In this document: positions 8,506 to 17,910 of the stretch, in pieces
How the letters are laid out: each line of letters opens with the position of its first letter
Position numbering within the stretch: the stretch's first letter is position 1
From: an uncultured Nitrososphaerota archaeon
GTDB lineage: Archaea; Korarchaeota; Korarchaeia; Korarchaeales; Korarchaeaceae
Assembly (NCBI GenBank): GCA_964594835.1
Contig: CAZQNA010000003.1
Coordinates: 32,001 to 96,000 of the forward strand
Direction: 5' to 3'
DNA: 64,000 bases
The notes under the pieces: generated by a model
What the model saw: only the letters and a program-made list of their open reading frames with translations
Told to the model about the DNA's origin: nothing
Database searches by the model: none
Made by a program: the position numbers and the translations under genes

Positions 8506-10068
8506 GTGGTGAGAGGTCCGTTGAACGCCGGTCGCCTGTCGAGGCGGATCCCAGCCGTCGCGGCGGTCTGCCTCTTGGCCGTCCTGGCAGCGCCAGGACT
8601 CGCGTGCTTCAGCCCGGCAGATCGATACGCCGTCGAGGTCCTCCTGAACAAGCCGGGACTGTCCTACAACTTGTCCAGGCTCCCTCAACTCGCCGAGACC
8701 GTCCAGACGAGTTCTGGCGCCTTCGTCTTCCGGAGCCGCCACGACGACAGGCTAATCGTGGTGATCTCGGAGCAGCGACTCAGCCTTGCGGGGGTCGAGC
8801 CGGCGAGTGAGGGACCTGTCGCCTCCTTTGAGGCGACTTCGGAGATGAGCCCGGGAGAGCTGGTCGACGCCGTGGAGAGGGTCCTGGCCGGGGGACCGCA
8901 GGGCTGGAAGGTGACCGAGTACGTGTTCCCCGGCGGTCTTGAGGGGTTCGTCTTCACGAGGGACGTTGGCGACTCGGTCGTGAGGGTCTACGTGGGGGTG
9001 GCCGCAGGCAGAGTACGGATCGGCCTGTCGGTCGCGTGCGAGCCGTGCGAGGGGGAGCTCGAACCGGGACTGGCCTCCGAGATAGAGTCGGAGATCGAGG
9101 ACCTGTTGACGGAGCTGGGGCTCTCCGAGTTCCGTGACCTCATAGGTCCGCTCGAGGTGGAGGGGTCCCTCGTACGTGGGGGCGGCTGGCCTGAGAGGTA
9201 CCTGGCCGTCAGGATACAGGTGCCGATCGTCCAGAGGACGGAGACGGTCACCGTCTTCGAGTGCCACCTGGTCCGGGGGGACGTGAGACCCTCGGAGCTG
9301 AACCCGGAGGCGGCCGAGGGGCTCGGGTGGATCGTAGCCGAGGAGGGGGAGGGAGGCGGCCTGAGGTTCACGATGGAGAGGCTGATCGAGGGGGCCACCG
9401 TGAGGATAGCGGGCTCCGTGGACGCGGAAGGCGTCCTGAGGCTTGTCGTGAGGGTGGAAGGAGATCCCGAACTGGAGGAGGGCGTCTTGAGGGAGATCCG
9501 GTCCGCCCTCGGTGCGGCGGGGCTGGGCGGGCTCGGCGTGGACGCTGAATCCTTTGAGAGGTTTGAGGAGAGCGTCGGCTCCAACGTGGCGCCGGCGTTC
9601 AACGTGAGCGAGGCCGAGGTCAAGGAGGCGCTGCGATTCGAGTTGGAGCTTCTCCAGAGCCAAGGCGTCGTATCCGGCCTCACAGAGGGAGACGTCTCGG
9701 AGATAGCCGCGAGGGCCGAGCTCGGCGACTCCGGGTGGAACGAGAGGCTGGTGTGGTGGGAGGGGAGGTGGGTCCCCTACAGCGAGACGGGGCTGCCCCT
9801 CGTGAAGTGCTCGCAGCCCGTCCCCGAGTTCCTCTCTCCGGGGACCCTCGACGCCCTTGGAGCGGGAGAACTTGGCCTGGGCACCTCTCTCGGTCAGGGG
9901 ACGGTTCACGAGCCCTTCGCCCTCTGCGGAACGAGCGAACTGCCCCCCGGGAGCCAGGTCGAGGATTGGTCAGAGATCCTCCTCGTCGCGGCCCTCTCCG
10001 CGGCCGGCCTCGCCGCGGCCGCGCTGGCCCTCTTGGCTGCGAGGAGGCGGGCGGGGGCGGCGAGGTAG
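8506..10068 (+). CDS. Secreted surface protein related to Thermococcales Cys-rich CGP-CTERM-anchored proteins
   Basis: Signal peptide followed by CFSPADRYAVEVLLNKPG; ...GVVSGLTEGDV...GDSGWNERL...WVPY; C-terminal TM plus RRR tail. Confidence 0.6.
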   Translation: MVRGPLNAGRLSRRIPAVAAVCLLAVLAAPGLACFSPADRYAVEVLLNKPGLSYNLSRLPQLAETVQTSSGAFVFRSRHDDRLIVVISEQRLSLAGVEPASEGPVASFEATSEMSPGELVDAVERVLAGGPQGWKVTEYVFPGGLEGFVFTRDVGDSVVRVYVGVAAGRVRIGLSVACEPCEGELEPGLASEIESEIEDLLTELGLSEFRDLIGPLEVEGSLVRGGGWPERYLAVRIQVPIVQRTETVTVFECHLVRGDVRPSELNPEAAEGLGWIVAEEGEGGGLRFTMERLIEGATVRIAGSVDAEGVLRLVVRVEGDPELEEGVLREIRSALGAAGLGGLGVDAESFERFEESVGSNVAPAFNVSEAEVKEALRFELELLQSQGVVSGLTEGDVSEIAARAELGDSGWNERLVWWEGRWVPYSETGLPLVKCSQPVPEFLSPGTLDALGAGELGLGTSLGQGTVHEPFALCGTSELPPGSQVEDWSEILLVAALSAAGLAAAALALLAARRRAGAAR

Positions 10069-10097
10069 GCGCAGCACTCCGACTCCAACTCTCCGGG

Positions 10098-10451
10098 TCA
10101 ATCGCGGGCCTTATTCAACTCGTCTAGAAGGTTCCAGAGTTCAGACGCGGACCTGAGGATCCGGCCCGCGGCCTCGGCCCCCTTCTCCGTGGGCCTGTAG
10201 CAGGTGACGTACCTCAGCCCCCTGAGACACCTGAACCTCCTGACGTATCTCTCCCTCTCCAGCCTCTCCAGGTGCGCTCCGAGGTTGCCCGGAGTGAGAT
10301 CGAGCAGGCCCTGAATCTCGGAGAACGTCGCCTGGCCCCTGAGGAGGAGGGTCAGCATTATCGCCAGCCTGGTCGGGGAGGAGAGGGGGCCCTGTGAGAG
10401 GGTCGAGAGGAACGCCCTGACCGCCTCGCCCAGGTCACCCTCGGCGTCCAC
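10098..10451 (-). CDS. Winged-helix transcriptional regulator (ArsR/MarR-like)
   Basis: PTRLAIMLTL...ATFSEIQGLLDLTPGNLGAHLERLE...Y...TEKG; start set to GTG 10451. Confidence 0.85.
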   Translation of the reverse strand: MDAEGDLGEAVRAFLSTLSQGPLSSPTRLAIMLTLLLRGQATFSEIQGLLDLTPGNLGAHLERLERERYVRRFRCLRGLRYVTCYRPTEKGAEAAGRILRSASELWNLLDELNKARD

Positions 10452-11109
10452 CGGCGAGCACCCTCTTGGCCTTCGCCGCATAGGAGAGTCCTGCCCACGC
10501 GTAGCTCAGGGAGATCATCAGTATCATCGCGCCGTACTGCGTGACGTCGTTCCCTATGGGGAGCAGGAGGGGTATGGAGGCCAAGTTCACCACGCCGACT
10601 ATCGCGGGCTCCCTGCCGGGGCCCCTCCCTCTGAGCCTCTCTACGGCCCAGTTCGACGCGTTTCCCAGTCCGAGTGCCGAGCAGAGACTTATTGTGAGCT
10701 TGTCTGCCCACGTGAGCTCCGTGAACCTCCCGACGACGAAGGGGAGCCCGACCCCCACCGCGAACGCGAGGAGCCAAGTGGCCGCGACCCTCGACCACTC
10801 TCCGCCCCAGGCGCCCTCCTCCGACAGGGTCCGGGAGAGCTCCTCGACCCTCGACATGTTCTCGGCGAAGGCCCGCGTTATCAGGGCGGCTATGGTCAGC
10901 CATATCGCCGCCTGCAGGGCCCCGACGGTGGCGGGGGAGGCGGGCAGGGCGCTGACGGCGAGAGAGGCGGCCCCTCCCAACAGCCCGGCAACGGACCACC
11001 AGGCGTAGAGCTTCGAGATGGCGACTATTCGCTCGTACTCCAGGTATCTCCTCAGGCGGTCCAGGGTCCTAGTGAGCTCCCTAAGGTCCTCTAGGTCTAC
11101 TCCCGACAC
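10435..11109 (-). CDS. Integral membrane protein (about 6 TM)
   Basis: Multiple hydrophobic helices; overlaps the downstream HTH gene; divergent from the ABC operon. Confidence 0.7.
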   Translation of the reverse strand: MSGVDLEDLRELTRTLDRLRRYLEYERIVAISKLYAWWSVAGLLGGAASLAVSALPASPATVGALQAAIWLTIAALITRAFAENMSRVEELSRTLSEEGAWGGEWSRVAATWLLAFAVGVGLPFVVGRFTELTWADKLTISLCSALGLGNASNWAVERLRGRGPGREPAIVGVVNLASIPLLLPIGNDVTQYGAMILMISLSYAWAGLSYAAKAKRVLAGGRRG

Positions 11110-11207
11110 GGGTCGGAGGGGGCAGCGTCTAAATTAACGCCCTATCTTTGTCTGCGGCGCAGAGGACCGACTCACCTTATAACTCGGACTTTGGGAACTA
11201 AGGCAGG

Positions 11208-12143
11208 ATGCGCGCGGTGGAAGTGAACGATGTTTACAAGTCCTATGGCGACGTGGTGGCCCTGGACGGGGTCTCGCTCTCGGTCGAGGAGAGGGAGATA
11301 TACGGCCTCCTCGGACCCAACGGAGCCGGTAAGACCACGCTCATGGAGATCATAGCCGGGCTCAGGACGCCCGACTCGGGAGAGGTCAGGGTGCTCGGGA
11401 GAGACGTCCTCAGAGAGCCCAGGGAGGTGAGGAGGCTGGTCGGCTTCAACCCGCAGGAGACCTTACTCTACGACTCCCTCACGGCCAGGGAGAACCTGGA
11501 GTTCGTCGCGTCCCTCTACTCCATGCCCCACGAGAAGTTTCAGGAGAGGCTCGAGGAGCTGACGGACCTGCTGGGGATGGGAGACTTCTTGGACAGGAGG
11601 GTAGGGAAGCTCTCAGGCGGCCAGAGGAGGAGGGTCAGCCTGGCCGCCTCGCTCCTCCACAGGCCGCCCGTCATAATCCTCGACGAGCCGACCGTCGGTC
11701 TCGATCCCGACGCCAGGAGGGACTTCTGGGACCTCATAGAGCGGCTGAGGTCGGAGGAGCGCACGGTGCTCATCAGCACCCACTACATGGAGGAGGCGGA
11801 CGAGCTGTGCGACAGGGTCGCGATAATAGACCGGGGCAGGATAGTCGCGGTCGGGAGGCCGGAGGAGCTGAAGGCCAGGCACGGGGGGAAGTCCAAGATC
11901 ATCGTGAGGGTCAGGAGGAGGCAGGTGGACAGGGCGCTGGAGATCCTGAGGGGCCGCTCGCCCGAGCTGACCCCGGAGGGCATCGTGATCGAGGCGGACG
12001 ACCCGAGGACCCTCGTCCCCGACCTGGTGTACGACCTCCAGTCTGGGGGCGTCGACCCGGAGAGCGTCGAGATCAGGTCCCCGACGCTCGAGGACGTGTT
12101 CCTGAACCTCACCGGGAGGAGGCTCGCGGAGGTGGTGGAATGA
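11208..12143 (+). CDS. ABC-2 type exporter ATP-binding subunit
   Basis: GPNGAGKT, LSGGQ, ILDEPT, STH, PTLEDVFL tail. Confidence 0.95.
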   Translation: MRAVEVNDVYKSYGDVVALDGVSLSVEEREIYGLLGPNGAGKTTLMEIIAGLRTPDSGEVRVLGRDVLREPREVRRLVGFNPQETLLYDSLTARENLEFVASLYSMPHEKFQERLEELTDLLGMGDFLDRRVGKLSGGQRRRVSLAASLLHRPPVIILDEPTVGLDPDARRDFWDLIERLRSEERTVLISTHYMEEADELCDRVAIIDRGRIVAVGRPEELKARHGGKSKIIVRVRRRQVDRALEILRGRSPELTPEGIVIEADDPRTLVPDLVYDLQSGGVDPESVEIRSPTLEDVFLNLTGRRLAEVVE

Positions 12144-13369
12144 GGCCTTGGGCGGCGATCGCGAAGAAGGACGCGCTCCTCTTCTTCAGGAGCAGGTCCA
12201 CCCTCTTCTGGACCCTCGCGTTCCCCCTGGTCATGATGCTGCTCTTCTCGGCCATATTCGGGGGACAGGACGGCTCCATGTACGACGTCGCGCTGGTGGA
12301 TCGCGACGGGGGTCAGCTGGCCCGCGTCTTTGCGGAGGCGCTGAACTCCACGGACCTGTTCAACCTCCACCGGTTCGACGACCTCGAGGCCGCGAAGGAG
12401 GCCGTGAAGCTGGGGAGGGAGGACCTGGTGGGTCTCCTGGTGATCCCGCCGGGGTTCACCGAGAACCTGACCTCCGGGCGGGGGGCGAGGATCCAGTTCT
12501 TCGTCAGGGAGGGGAGCCCGCAGACGCAGCAGGCCATCACCTCCATGGTGACCGGGTTCGTCGAGGGGTTCAACGAGGAGTACAGGCGGAGGTCCCTGGA
12601 GATGATGTCCGCGTACCTGCCGGAGAACCTGTCGATCCCGGGGCTCGGGGGCTCGATGTCTCGAGAGGACCTGATCGAGTACATGGAGACGTTCGCCCAC
12701 CCCGTTGACGTCACGGTCGCCCTGATCAGCAGGCCTGAGGTGACCTCCGAGACCGCAGCCTACTGGGAGAACGAGGGGCACTGGGTCTCCATCATGTTCG
12801 CCTACTCGTTCATATTCTCCGGCATGGTGGGGGCCGCCGCGCTCCTAGCCAGCGAGAAGATGACCAAGACGCTGAAGAGGATCAAGATGTCCCCGGCCTC
12901 GATATGGCAGCTCTTGGCGGGGAAGGTCGTCGGCGAGCTGATCATACTCACGCTGTCCCAGGTAATTCTCGTCGCCGTCACGGTCCTGATTCTGAGGCCG
13001 GAGATAAACTGGAGCCCGGCCCTCGTGCCGCTGATCCTGACGGGTGACCTGGCGGGATCGAGCCTGGGCCTCCTCGTGGCGGAGGCCTCGCCAGACCCGA
13101 GGGCCGCGGCCGAGGCGACGACGGCAGTCGGCGTTTTCCTGCAGTTCTTCATAGGGATGTACTTCCCGATTCAGTTCCTACCCGGTCCGCTGAGGGCGTT
13201 CGCGAAGGTCCTGCCCTTCACCAAGGCCGTCCAGGCCCTAGACCTGGTCCTCCTGCAGGGGTACGGCCTGGAGCAGGTGGTGGCCCCGGCCGCCTACCTC
13301 GCTGTCTCGGCCGTCACCTTCACGGCCTTGGCGGTGGCGCTGTTCCCGAAGTGGGCCGGCGAGGAGTAG
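12140..13369 (+). CDS. ABC-2 type exporter permease
   Basis: Start ATG 12140 (MRPWAAIAKKDALLFFRSRSTLFWTLAFP); extracellular domain; GMYFPIQFLP motif; ATGA overlap with the ATPase. Confidence 0.9.
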   Translation: MRPWAAIAKKDALLFFRSRSTLFWTLAFPLVMMLLFSAIFGGQDGSMYDVALVDRDGGQLARVFAEALNSTDLFNLHRFDDLEAAKEAVKLGREDLVGLLVIPPGFTENLTSGRGARIQFFVREGSPQTQQAITSMVTGFVEGFNEEYRRRSLEMMSAYLPENLSIPGLGGSMSREDLIEYMETFAHPVDVTVALISRPEVTSETAAYWENEGHWVSIMFAYSFIFSGMVGAAALLASEKMTKTLKRIKMSPASIWQLLAGKVVGELIILTLSQVILVAVTVLILRPEINWSPALVPLILTGDLAGSSLGLLVAEASPDPRAAAEATTAVGVFLQFFIGMYFPIQFLPGPLRAFAKVLPFTKAVQALDLVLLQGYGLEQVVAPAAYLAVSAVTFTALAVALFPKWAGEE

Positions 13370-13421
13370 CCGAGGGTCGCGGAGCCGGGCGAGGTGGAGA
13401 GGGGGGAAGGGGGGGTCGCCC

Positions 13422-14708
13422 TCACCCCCGCCCCTCAGTCCTCTGCCTCCTCCCCCACCTTATCTTTGCGGTGAGTATCTTCTCGGAGGAGAATATCCTG
13501 TCGGCCACCGCGGCCACCCCGAGCGTCCACGCGCAGAGGTAGAGGACGCTGACGGCGTACGAGGTCCAGTCCCGCCACACGAGCGCCTGAGATGCAAGGG
13601 CAAGGTGCGAGAACGGGATCGCCTGCAGGGCCAGCGCCGCAGCCCTGGGGAGGGACTGGATGTCGGCGAACATGAGCAGGAACGCAGGCAGGAAGACCAG
13701 GATGAACAGGTTACTCACAAGCGCCTGGGCCGACCTCACGTCCTCGGTGAAGGCCGCCAGGACCGTGGCCAGCGTCAGGGCGAGCATGTTCGCCGTCACC
13801 AGCGCGACGCCGAGAGCAACGACCTCCCTGGGGCCCAGCAGGCCCAGCTCCGCCGCGGGCCCCTCAGCGCCGGTGAGGATCACCATCTTCATGTAGTACG
13901 CGAGCCCGGCTATCACGCCCACGCTGCCAAGGGTGGCCACGACGGCTGACCCTGAGAGCTTGGCTAGGAGTATGCTCCTCCGGCTCACGGGGAGGGTCAG
14001 CAGCGTCTCAAGGGTCTTCTCCTCTTTCTCCACCGCGATCGAGGTCGCCGCGATCTGCATCGCGAATATCAGGACGAGGGAGGCGACCATGGGCAGCATG
14101 GTCGCCTGCCCCGCGATCGCGCCCGCGACGGCGTCGGGCGGGACGTCGAGCACCTGCCCCCTGAACACCGAGGAGTAGGAGACCTGGAGCGGGTCGAGCA
14201 CAGCCTGCGGGTCCGAGACACCCAGCTCCGCCACAAGGGTGGACGCGAGCGCCTGGGAGGCGGCGTCCAGGGCCCCGCCGAGCCTGCCCGTGAACATGAC
14301 GGAGGAGAACCCTCCCCTCTCGAAGAAGACGGTAACCCTCACCGAGACCCTCTGTCCAGACCTGAGGGCCTCTCCGAACCCATCTGGTATCTCTATCAGG
14401 GCCCCGGCCCCCAGGGACAGGGCCTCCCGCACCGCGTCCTCCGGCGACGCGATCTCGAGCACGGTCCCGGTGGCCTTCAGCGCGGCGACCACGACGGCCG
14501 ACTCCCTGGAGCGGTCGAGGTCAAGCACCGCGACGGGCGTGGTGAGCGCCGTCTTCTCGGCCGCGGACATCGAGGCCCTGGTGGCGAGCCCTATGACGGG
14601 GTAGAGGATCGTTGGCAGCAGGATCATCCCGACTAGGATCTTGCGGTCGCGCAGGAGGTCGAGGACCTCCTTCCTGACGAGGCTCCTCAGCGCCCTCCTC
14701 CCGCTCAT
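13422..14708 (-). CDS. ABC exporter permease, NatB-like
   Basis: Start ATG 14708; KEVLDLLRDRK, IAVEKEEKTLETLLTLPVSR, IPFSH motifs. Confidence 0.88.
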   Translation of the reverse strand: MSGRRALRSLVRKEVLDLLRDRKILVGMILLPTILYPVIGLATRASMSAAEKTALTTPVAVLDLDRSRESAVVVAALKATGTVLEIASPEDAVREALSLGAGALIEIPDGFGEALRSGQRVSVRVTVFFERGGFSSVMFTGRLGGALDAASQALASTLVAELGVSDPQAVLDPLQVSYSSVFRGQVLDVPPDAVAGAIAGQATMLPMVASLVLIFAMQIAATSIAVEKEEKTLETLLTLPVSRRSILLAKLSGSAVVATLGSVGVIAGLAYYMKMVILTGAEGPAAELGLLGPREVVALGVALVTANMLALTLATVLAAFTEDVRSAQALVSNLFILVFLPAFLLMFADIQSLPRAAALALQAIPFSHLALASQALVWRDWTSYAVSVLYLCAWTLGVAAVADRIFSSEKILTAKIRWGRRQRTEGRG

Positions 14709-15433
14709 ACGGCAGCCACCCCCACGAAGACCTCCTCGAGGTCGCCGGCGTTGTACCTGGCCTTGAGCTCTGAGGGCTCGCCCTCGATCAGCAGGCTCCC
14801 GCGGTGCAGGAGGCCGACCCTGTCGCACAGCCTCTCGACCTCCAGCATGTTGTGGCTCGACAGGATCACGGTCAGCCCCTTCTCATCCACGTACTCCCTG
14901 ATCACGCTCCTCACGTGGTGGGCGTGTATCACGTCGAGCCCGCTGGTGGGCTCGTCCAGTATGGCGAGCCTGGGCCTGACCATGAGCGCCCTGGCGAGGG
15001 TGAGCCTCCTCTTCATGCCCCGGCTGTAGGTCTTCACCCTGTCCCTTATCCTGTCCCCCAGCGCGGCTATCCTGACGCCCTCCTCCACCATGTCCTCCAG
15101 CTCGGACTCGTCCCTTGCGTAGAAGGAGGCCATGAACCTCAGGAACTCCAGGCCCGAGAGGTTCCTGTAGGCGCCCGCCTCCTCGGGCAGGTAGCTCATC
15201 ACGGCCCTTGCCTCCTCAGGCCTCTCCAGCACGTCTATCCCGAAGACCTCGACAGAGCCGGAGTCTGGCCTCAGTAGGGTTGCCACTATCCTCAGGGTGG
15301 TGGTCTTGCCCGCTCCGTTGGGGCCTATGAGGCCGTATATCTCGCCCTCGTTGACGACGAGATCCAGCCCCTTGAGGGCCTCCACCTTGCCGTAGCTCTT
15401 CCGGAGCCCCCTTATCACCACGGCCGGAGGCAT
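14705..15433 (-). CDS. ABC exporter ATP-binding subunit, NatA-like
   Basis: GPNGAGKTT, YSRGM, ILDEPTSGLD, SSHNM, DLEEVFV. Confidence 0.93.
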   Translation of the reverse strand: MPPAVVIRGLRKSYGKVEALKGLDLVVNEGEIYGLIGPNGAGKTTTLRIVATLLRPDSGSVEVFGIDVLERPEEARAVMSYLPEEAGAYRNLSGLEFLRFMASFYARDESELEDMVEEGVRIAALGDRIRDRVKTYSRGMKRRLTLARALMVRPRLAILDEPTSGLDVIHAHHVRSVIREYVDEKGLTVILSSHNMLEVERLCDRVGLLHRGSLLIEGEPSELKARYNAGDLEEVFVGVAAV

Positions 15434-15725
15434 CGGCCCGCCACCCTTCTCACGAATTTTAACTGTTCACGGACGCGGTCGGGGAGCCGGCCCCCAGAGG
15501 GGAGGGGGGAGTAAGGGGCAGGTCCGCCACTCGGCCCTCGATGGGACCTGGCCAACGCCTCCGGGATTGCGAGTGGGACCAGTCGAGGGCGGGGGGAGAG
15601 CCCTCAGCGCTCTCCTGGGACCGACCCTCCGCTGGCCTGCGGCCCCGGCGTGGGGACCATTCGTCTATAGGATTTGTTCCAACCGGTTTTGTCTCCGAAG
15701 TTCACCGGGTGGAGCGGTGGTCCTC

Positions 15726-16100
15726 ATGCCGTGGGCGTGGATACCCAGGAAGAGAAGGAGGCCCCTTCGCCCGAGGAGGGGGGCTCCCCTTCCGCCGCCT
15801 CCCCCGCCGCCCCCCAGGAGGGGTCTCCTGAGGCCTCCCCTGGGCGGGAGGCGAGACGACGGGGTCGACCTGGGGGACGTGGCCAGGTACGGAGGGGCCG
15901 CGGCGCTAGGGGCCGGGGCAGCTCTCCTGTTCGCCTACAGGGACAAGATAGTCAGCGCCCTGAGGGGGAAGGATGAGGTCACGGAGGAGGAGATCAGGAA
16001 AGCCGTTGAAGACGCCGTGGCCGGGTCTGGGGGAGAGCTGACGGAGGAAGACAAGGAGGAGATAGTCAGGAGGGTCCTCGAGCAGCTCAGGGGGGAGTGA
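15726..16100 (+). CDS. Hypothetical protein: Arg/Pro-rich N-terminus, central hydrophobic helix, acidic C-terminus
   Basis: MPWAWIPRKRRRPLRPRRGAPLPPPPPPPPRR...GGAAALGAGAALLFAY...EEEIRKAVED; typical codon use (agg/gag) in the 3' half. Confidence 0.6.
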   Translation: MPWAWIPRKRRRPLRPRRGAPLPPPPPPPPRRGLLRPPLGGRRDDGVDLGDVARYGGAAALGAGAALLFAYRDKIVSALRGKDEVTEEEIRKAVEDAVAGSGGELTEEDKEEIVRRVLEQLRGE

Positions 16101-16648
16101 GCGACCCCCCACCCACTATTATTTCTCCCCGGACACGTCCGACCGTGCCGGCGCGGCTGGACGAACTCGACCTCAGGATCCTGTCCGAGCTGTCGAGAGA
16201 CGGCAGGGTTCCCCTCTCCAGGCTCGCTCAGAGGCTGAGGGTCCCGAGGACGACGGTGAACTTCAGGCTCCTCAGGCTCAGGGAGGAGGGTATTGTAGGG
16301 GGGTTCAGGGCCGAGATACCCCCTGAGAAGCTGGGATACAGGCTGGTGGCGTTCGTCCTGGTGAAGGTGAGGAGGACCAGGCCCATCGACGGGATGTCCA
16401 ACCAGGAGGTGCTGGCGAGGTCCCTGGTGAGGCAGACGGCCGAGGACCCGTCCCTCCCGTGGGTGGAGGAGGCCCACATAATCACGGGGGAGTACGACCT
16501 CCTACTCAAGGTCCGGGCGAGGGAGCTGGATCAGCTCACGAGGTTCCTAATAGCACACATGGCGACCCACGACGACGTGGTGCAGACCCACACCCTCCTG
16601 GCTCTGGAGACGATCCACGAGGATCACACACCGCCCCTGAGGCCTTAG
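16097..16648 (+). CDS. Lrp/AsnC-family transcriptional regulator
   Basis: LDELDLRILSELSRDGRVPLSRLA...HTH; ITGEYDLLLKV RAM domain; directly upstream of asnA. Confidence 0.92.
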   Translation: MSDPPPTIISPRTRPTVPARLDELDLRILSELSRDGRVPLSRLAQRLRVPRTTVNFRLLRLREEGIVGGFRAEIPPEKLGYRLVAFVLVKVRRTRPIDGMSNQEVLARSLVRQTAEDPSLPWVEEAHIITGEYDLLLKVRARELDQLTRFLIAHMATHDDVVQTHTLLALETIHEDHTPPLRP

Positions 16649-16800
16649 CATTTCGACGACTCTGGGGCCATGGTAAGATTAGGTAGACGATGAATCCTCC
16701 TCAAATATTCACCTCAGCCGCCAAAGAAGTCGATCCATTCTCAAAGTGACGACAAGGGTTTTATCGGCCTCTGGCGGGGCGGCGGGTGATCAGAGGGAGA

Positions 16801-17850
16801 ATGCCGGAGACCTCGGCGATACACCCGTCCGTCGTCAGGTTTGTCGAGGCCTCCCGCGAGGGGTCGAGGTACCTCAGGGACCTCGAGAGGAGGCTGTCCC
16901 GACCACACGTCCTCGCCAGGGGTGAGCGGGCCAGGGCCGTGCTGAGGGTCCAGTCGGTCGCCCTGAGGGCCATCAGGGAGTTCCTCGACTCACGCGGGTT
17001 CATTGAGCTCCTTCCACCCATACTGGGGCCCGTCACGGACCCTGGGATCAGGGGGGCCAGGCAGGTCGTGGTCGACTACTACGGCTGGCCCTACAGGGTG
17101 ATGAGCAGCGCCATCCTGTACAAGCAGGCCGCCGCTTCGGCCCTCGGGAGGATCTACTTCGTGTCCCCGAACGTGAGGCTCGAGCCCCCTGAGGCTGCCC
17201 TCACCGGCCGGCACCTGGCGGAGTTCGTCCAGGTGGACGTCGAGGCCTCCGGGATAGGCTACGAGGATGCCATGGACCTTGCCGAGGGGCTGCTTAAGCA
17301 CGTCGTGGCCGTCGTGAAGGGGGAGGCGTACAGGGAGCTCGAGACCCTCGGGAGAAATCTGCCGGACTGCTCGGACCCCTTCCCAAAGCTCACCCACTCG
17401 AGAGCCGTGTCGATGCTCCGCTCCCTGGGCGTCGAGGTCGACGAGGCGGGGGAGATCCCCTGGGAGGGGGAAGTGATCCTCTCCGGACTGTTCAGGTCCC
17501 CCTTCTTCATCACCGACTACCCGCTGGGCTCCAGGGGGTTCTACGACAGGGAGGACCACGAGCGTCCGGGGGTACTGAGGGACTTCGACCTCATCTACCC
17601 GGAGGGGTTCGGGGAGGCAGCCAGCGGGGCGGAGAGGGAGCACGAGTACGAGAGGGTCCTCGCCAGGCTGAGGGCCTCGGGAGAGGACCCGGAGGAGTAC
17701 GGCTGGTACCTAGACATGCTCATGGACGGGATCGAGCCGACAGCGGGCTTCGGGATAGGCGTCGAGAGGCTGACGAGGTTCCTGTGCGGCCTCGGCTCGG
17801 TCTGGGAGGCCAGGTTCTGCCCGAAGGTTCCGGGGGTCTACTCGCCCTGA
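16801..17850 (+). CDS. asnA: Archaeal asparagine synthetase A (AspRS/AsnRS catalytic-core paralogue)
   Basis: Class II aaRS core without anticodon domain: PVTDPG, SSAILYKQ, SPNVRLE, RHLAEF, GEAASGAERE, AGFGIGVERL. Confidence 0.88.
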   Translation: MPETSAIHPSVVRFVEASREGSRYLRDLERRLSRPHVLARGERARAVLRVQSVALRAIREFLDSRGFIELLPPILGPVTDPGIRGARQVVVDYYGWPYRVMSSAILYKQAAASALGRIYFVSPNVRLEPPEAALTGRHLAEFVQVDVEASGIGYEDAMDLAEGLLKHVVAVVKGEAYRELETLGRNLPDCSDPFPKLTHSRAVSMLRSLGVEVDEAGEIPWEGEVILSGLFRSPFFITDYPLGSRGFYDREDHERPGVLRDFDLIYPEGFGEAASGAEREHEYERVLARLRASGEDPEEYGWYLDMLMDGIEPTAGFGIGVERLTRFLCGLGSVWEARFCPKVPGVYSP

Positions 17851-17910
17851 GGGCCTCGCCGCCCCAGGCCCGTTTAAACGGTGTCCCTGCAGGGGGCGGC
17901 GGGTCGCAGG

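Noticed and set aside
16801-17850. Asparaginyl/aspartyl-tRNA synthetase call
   Set aside because: No N-terminal OB-fold anticodon-binding domain; size and motifs fit archaeal AsnA
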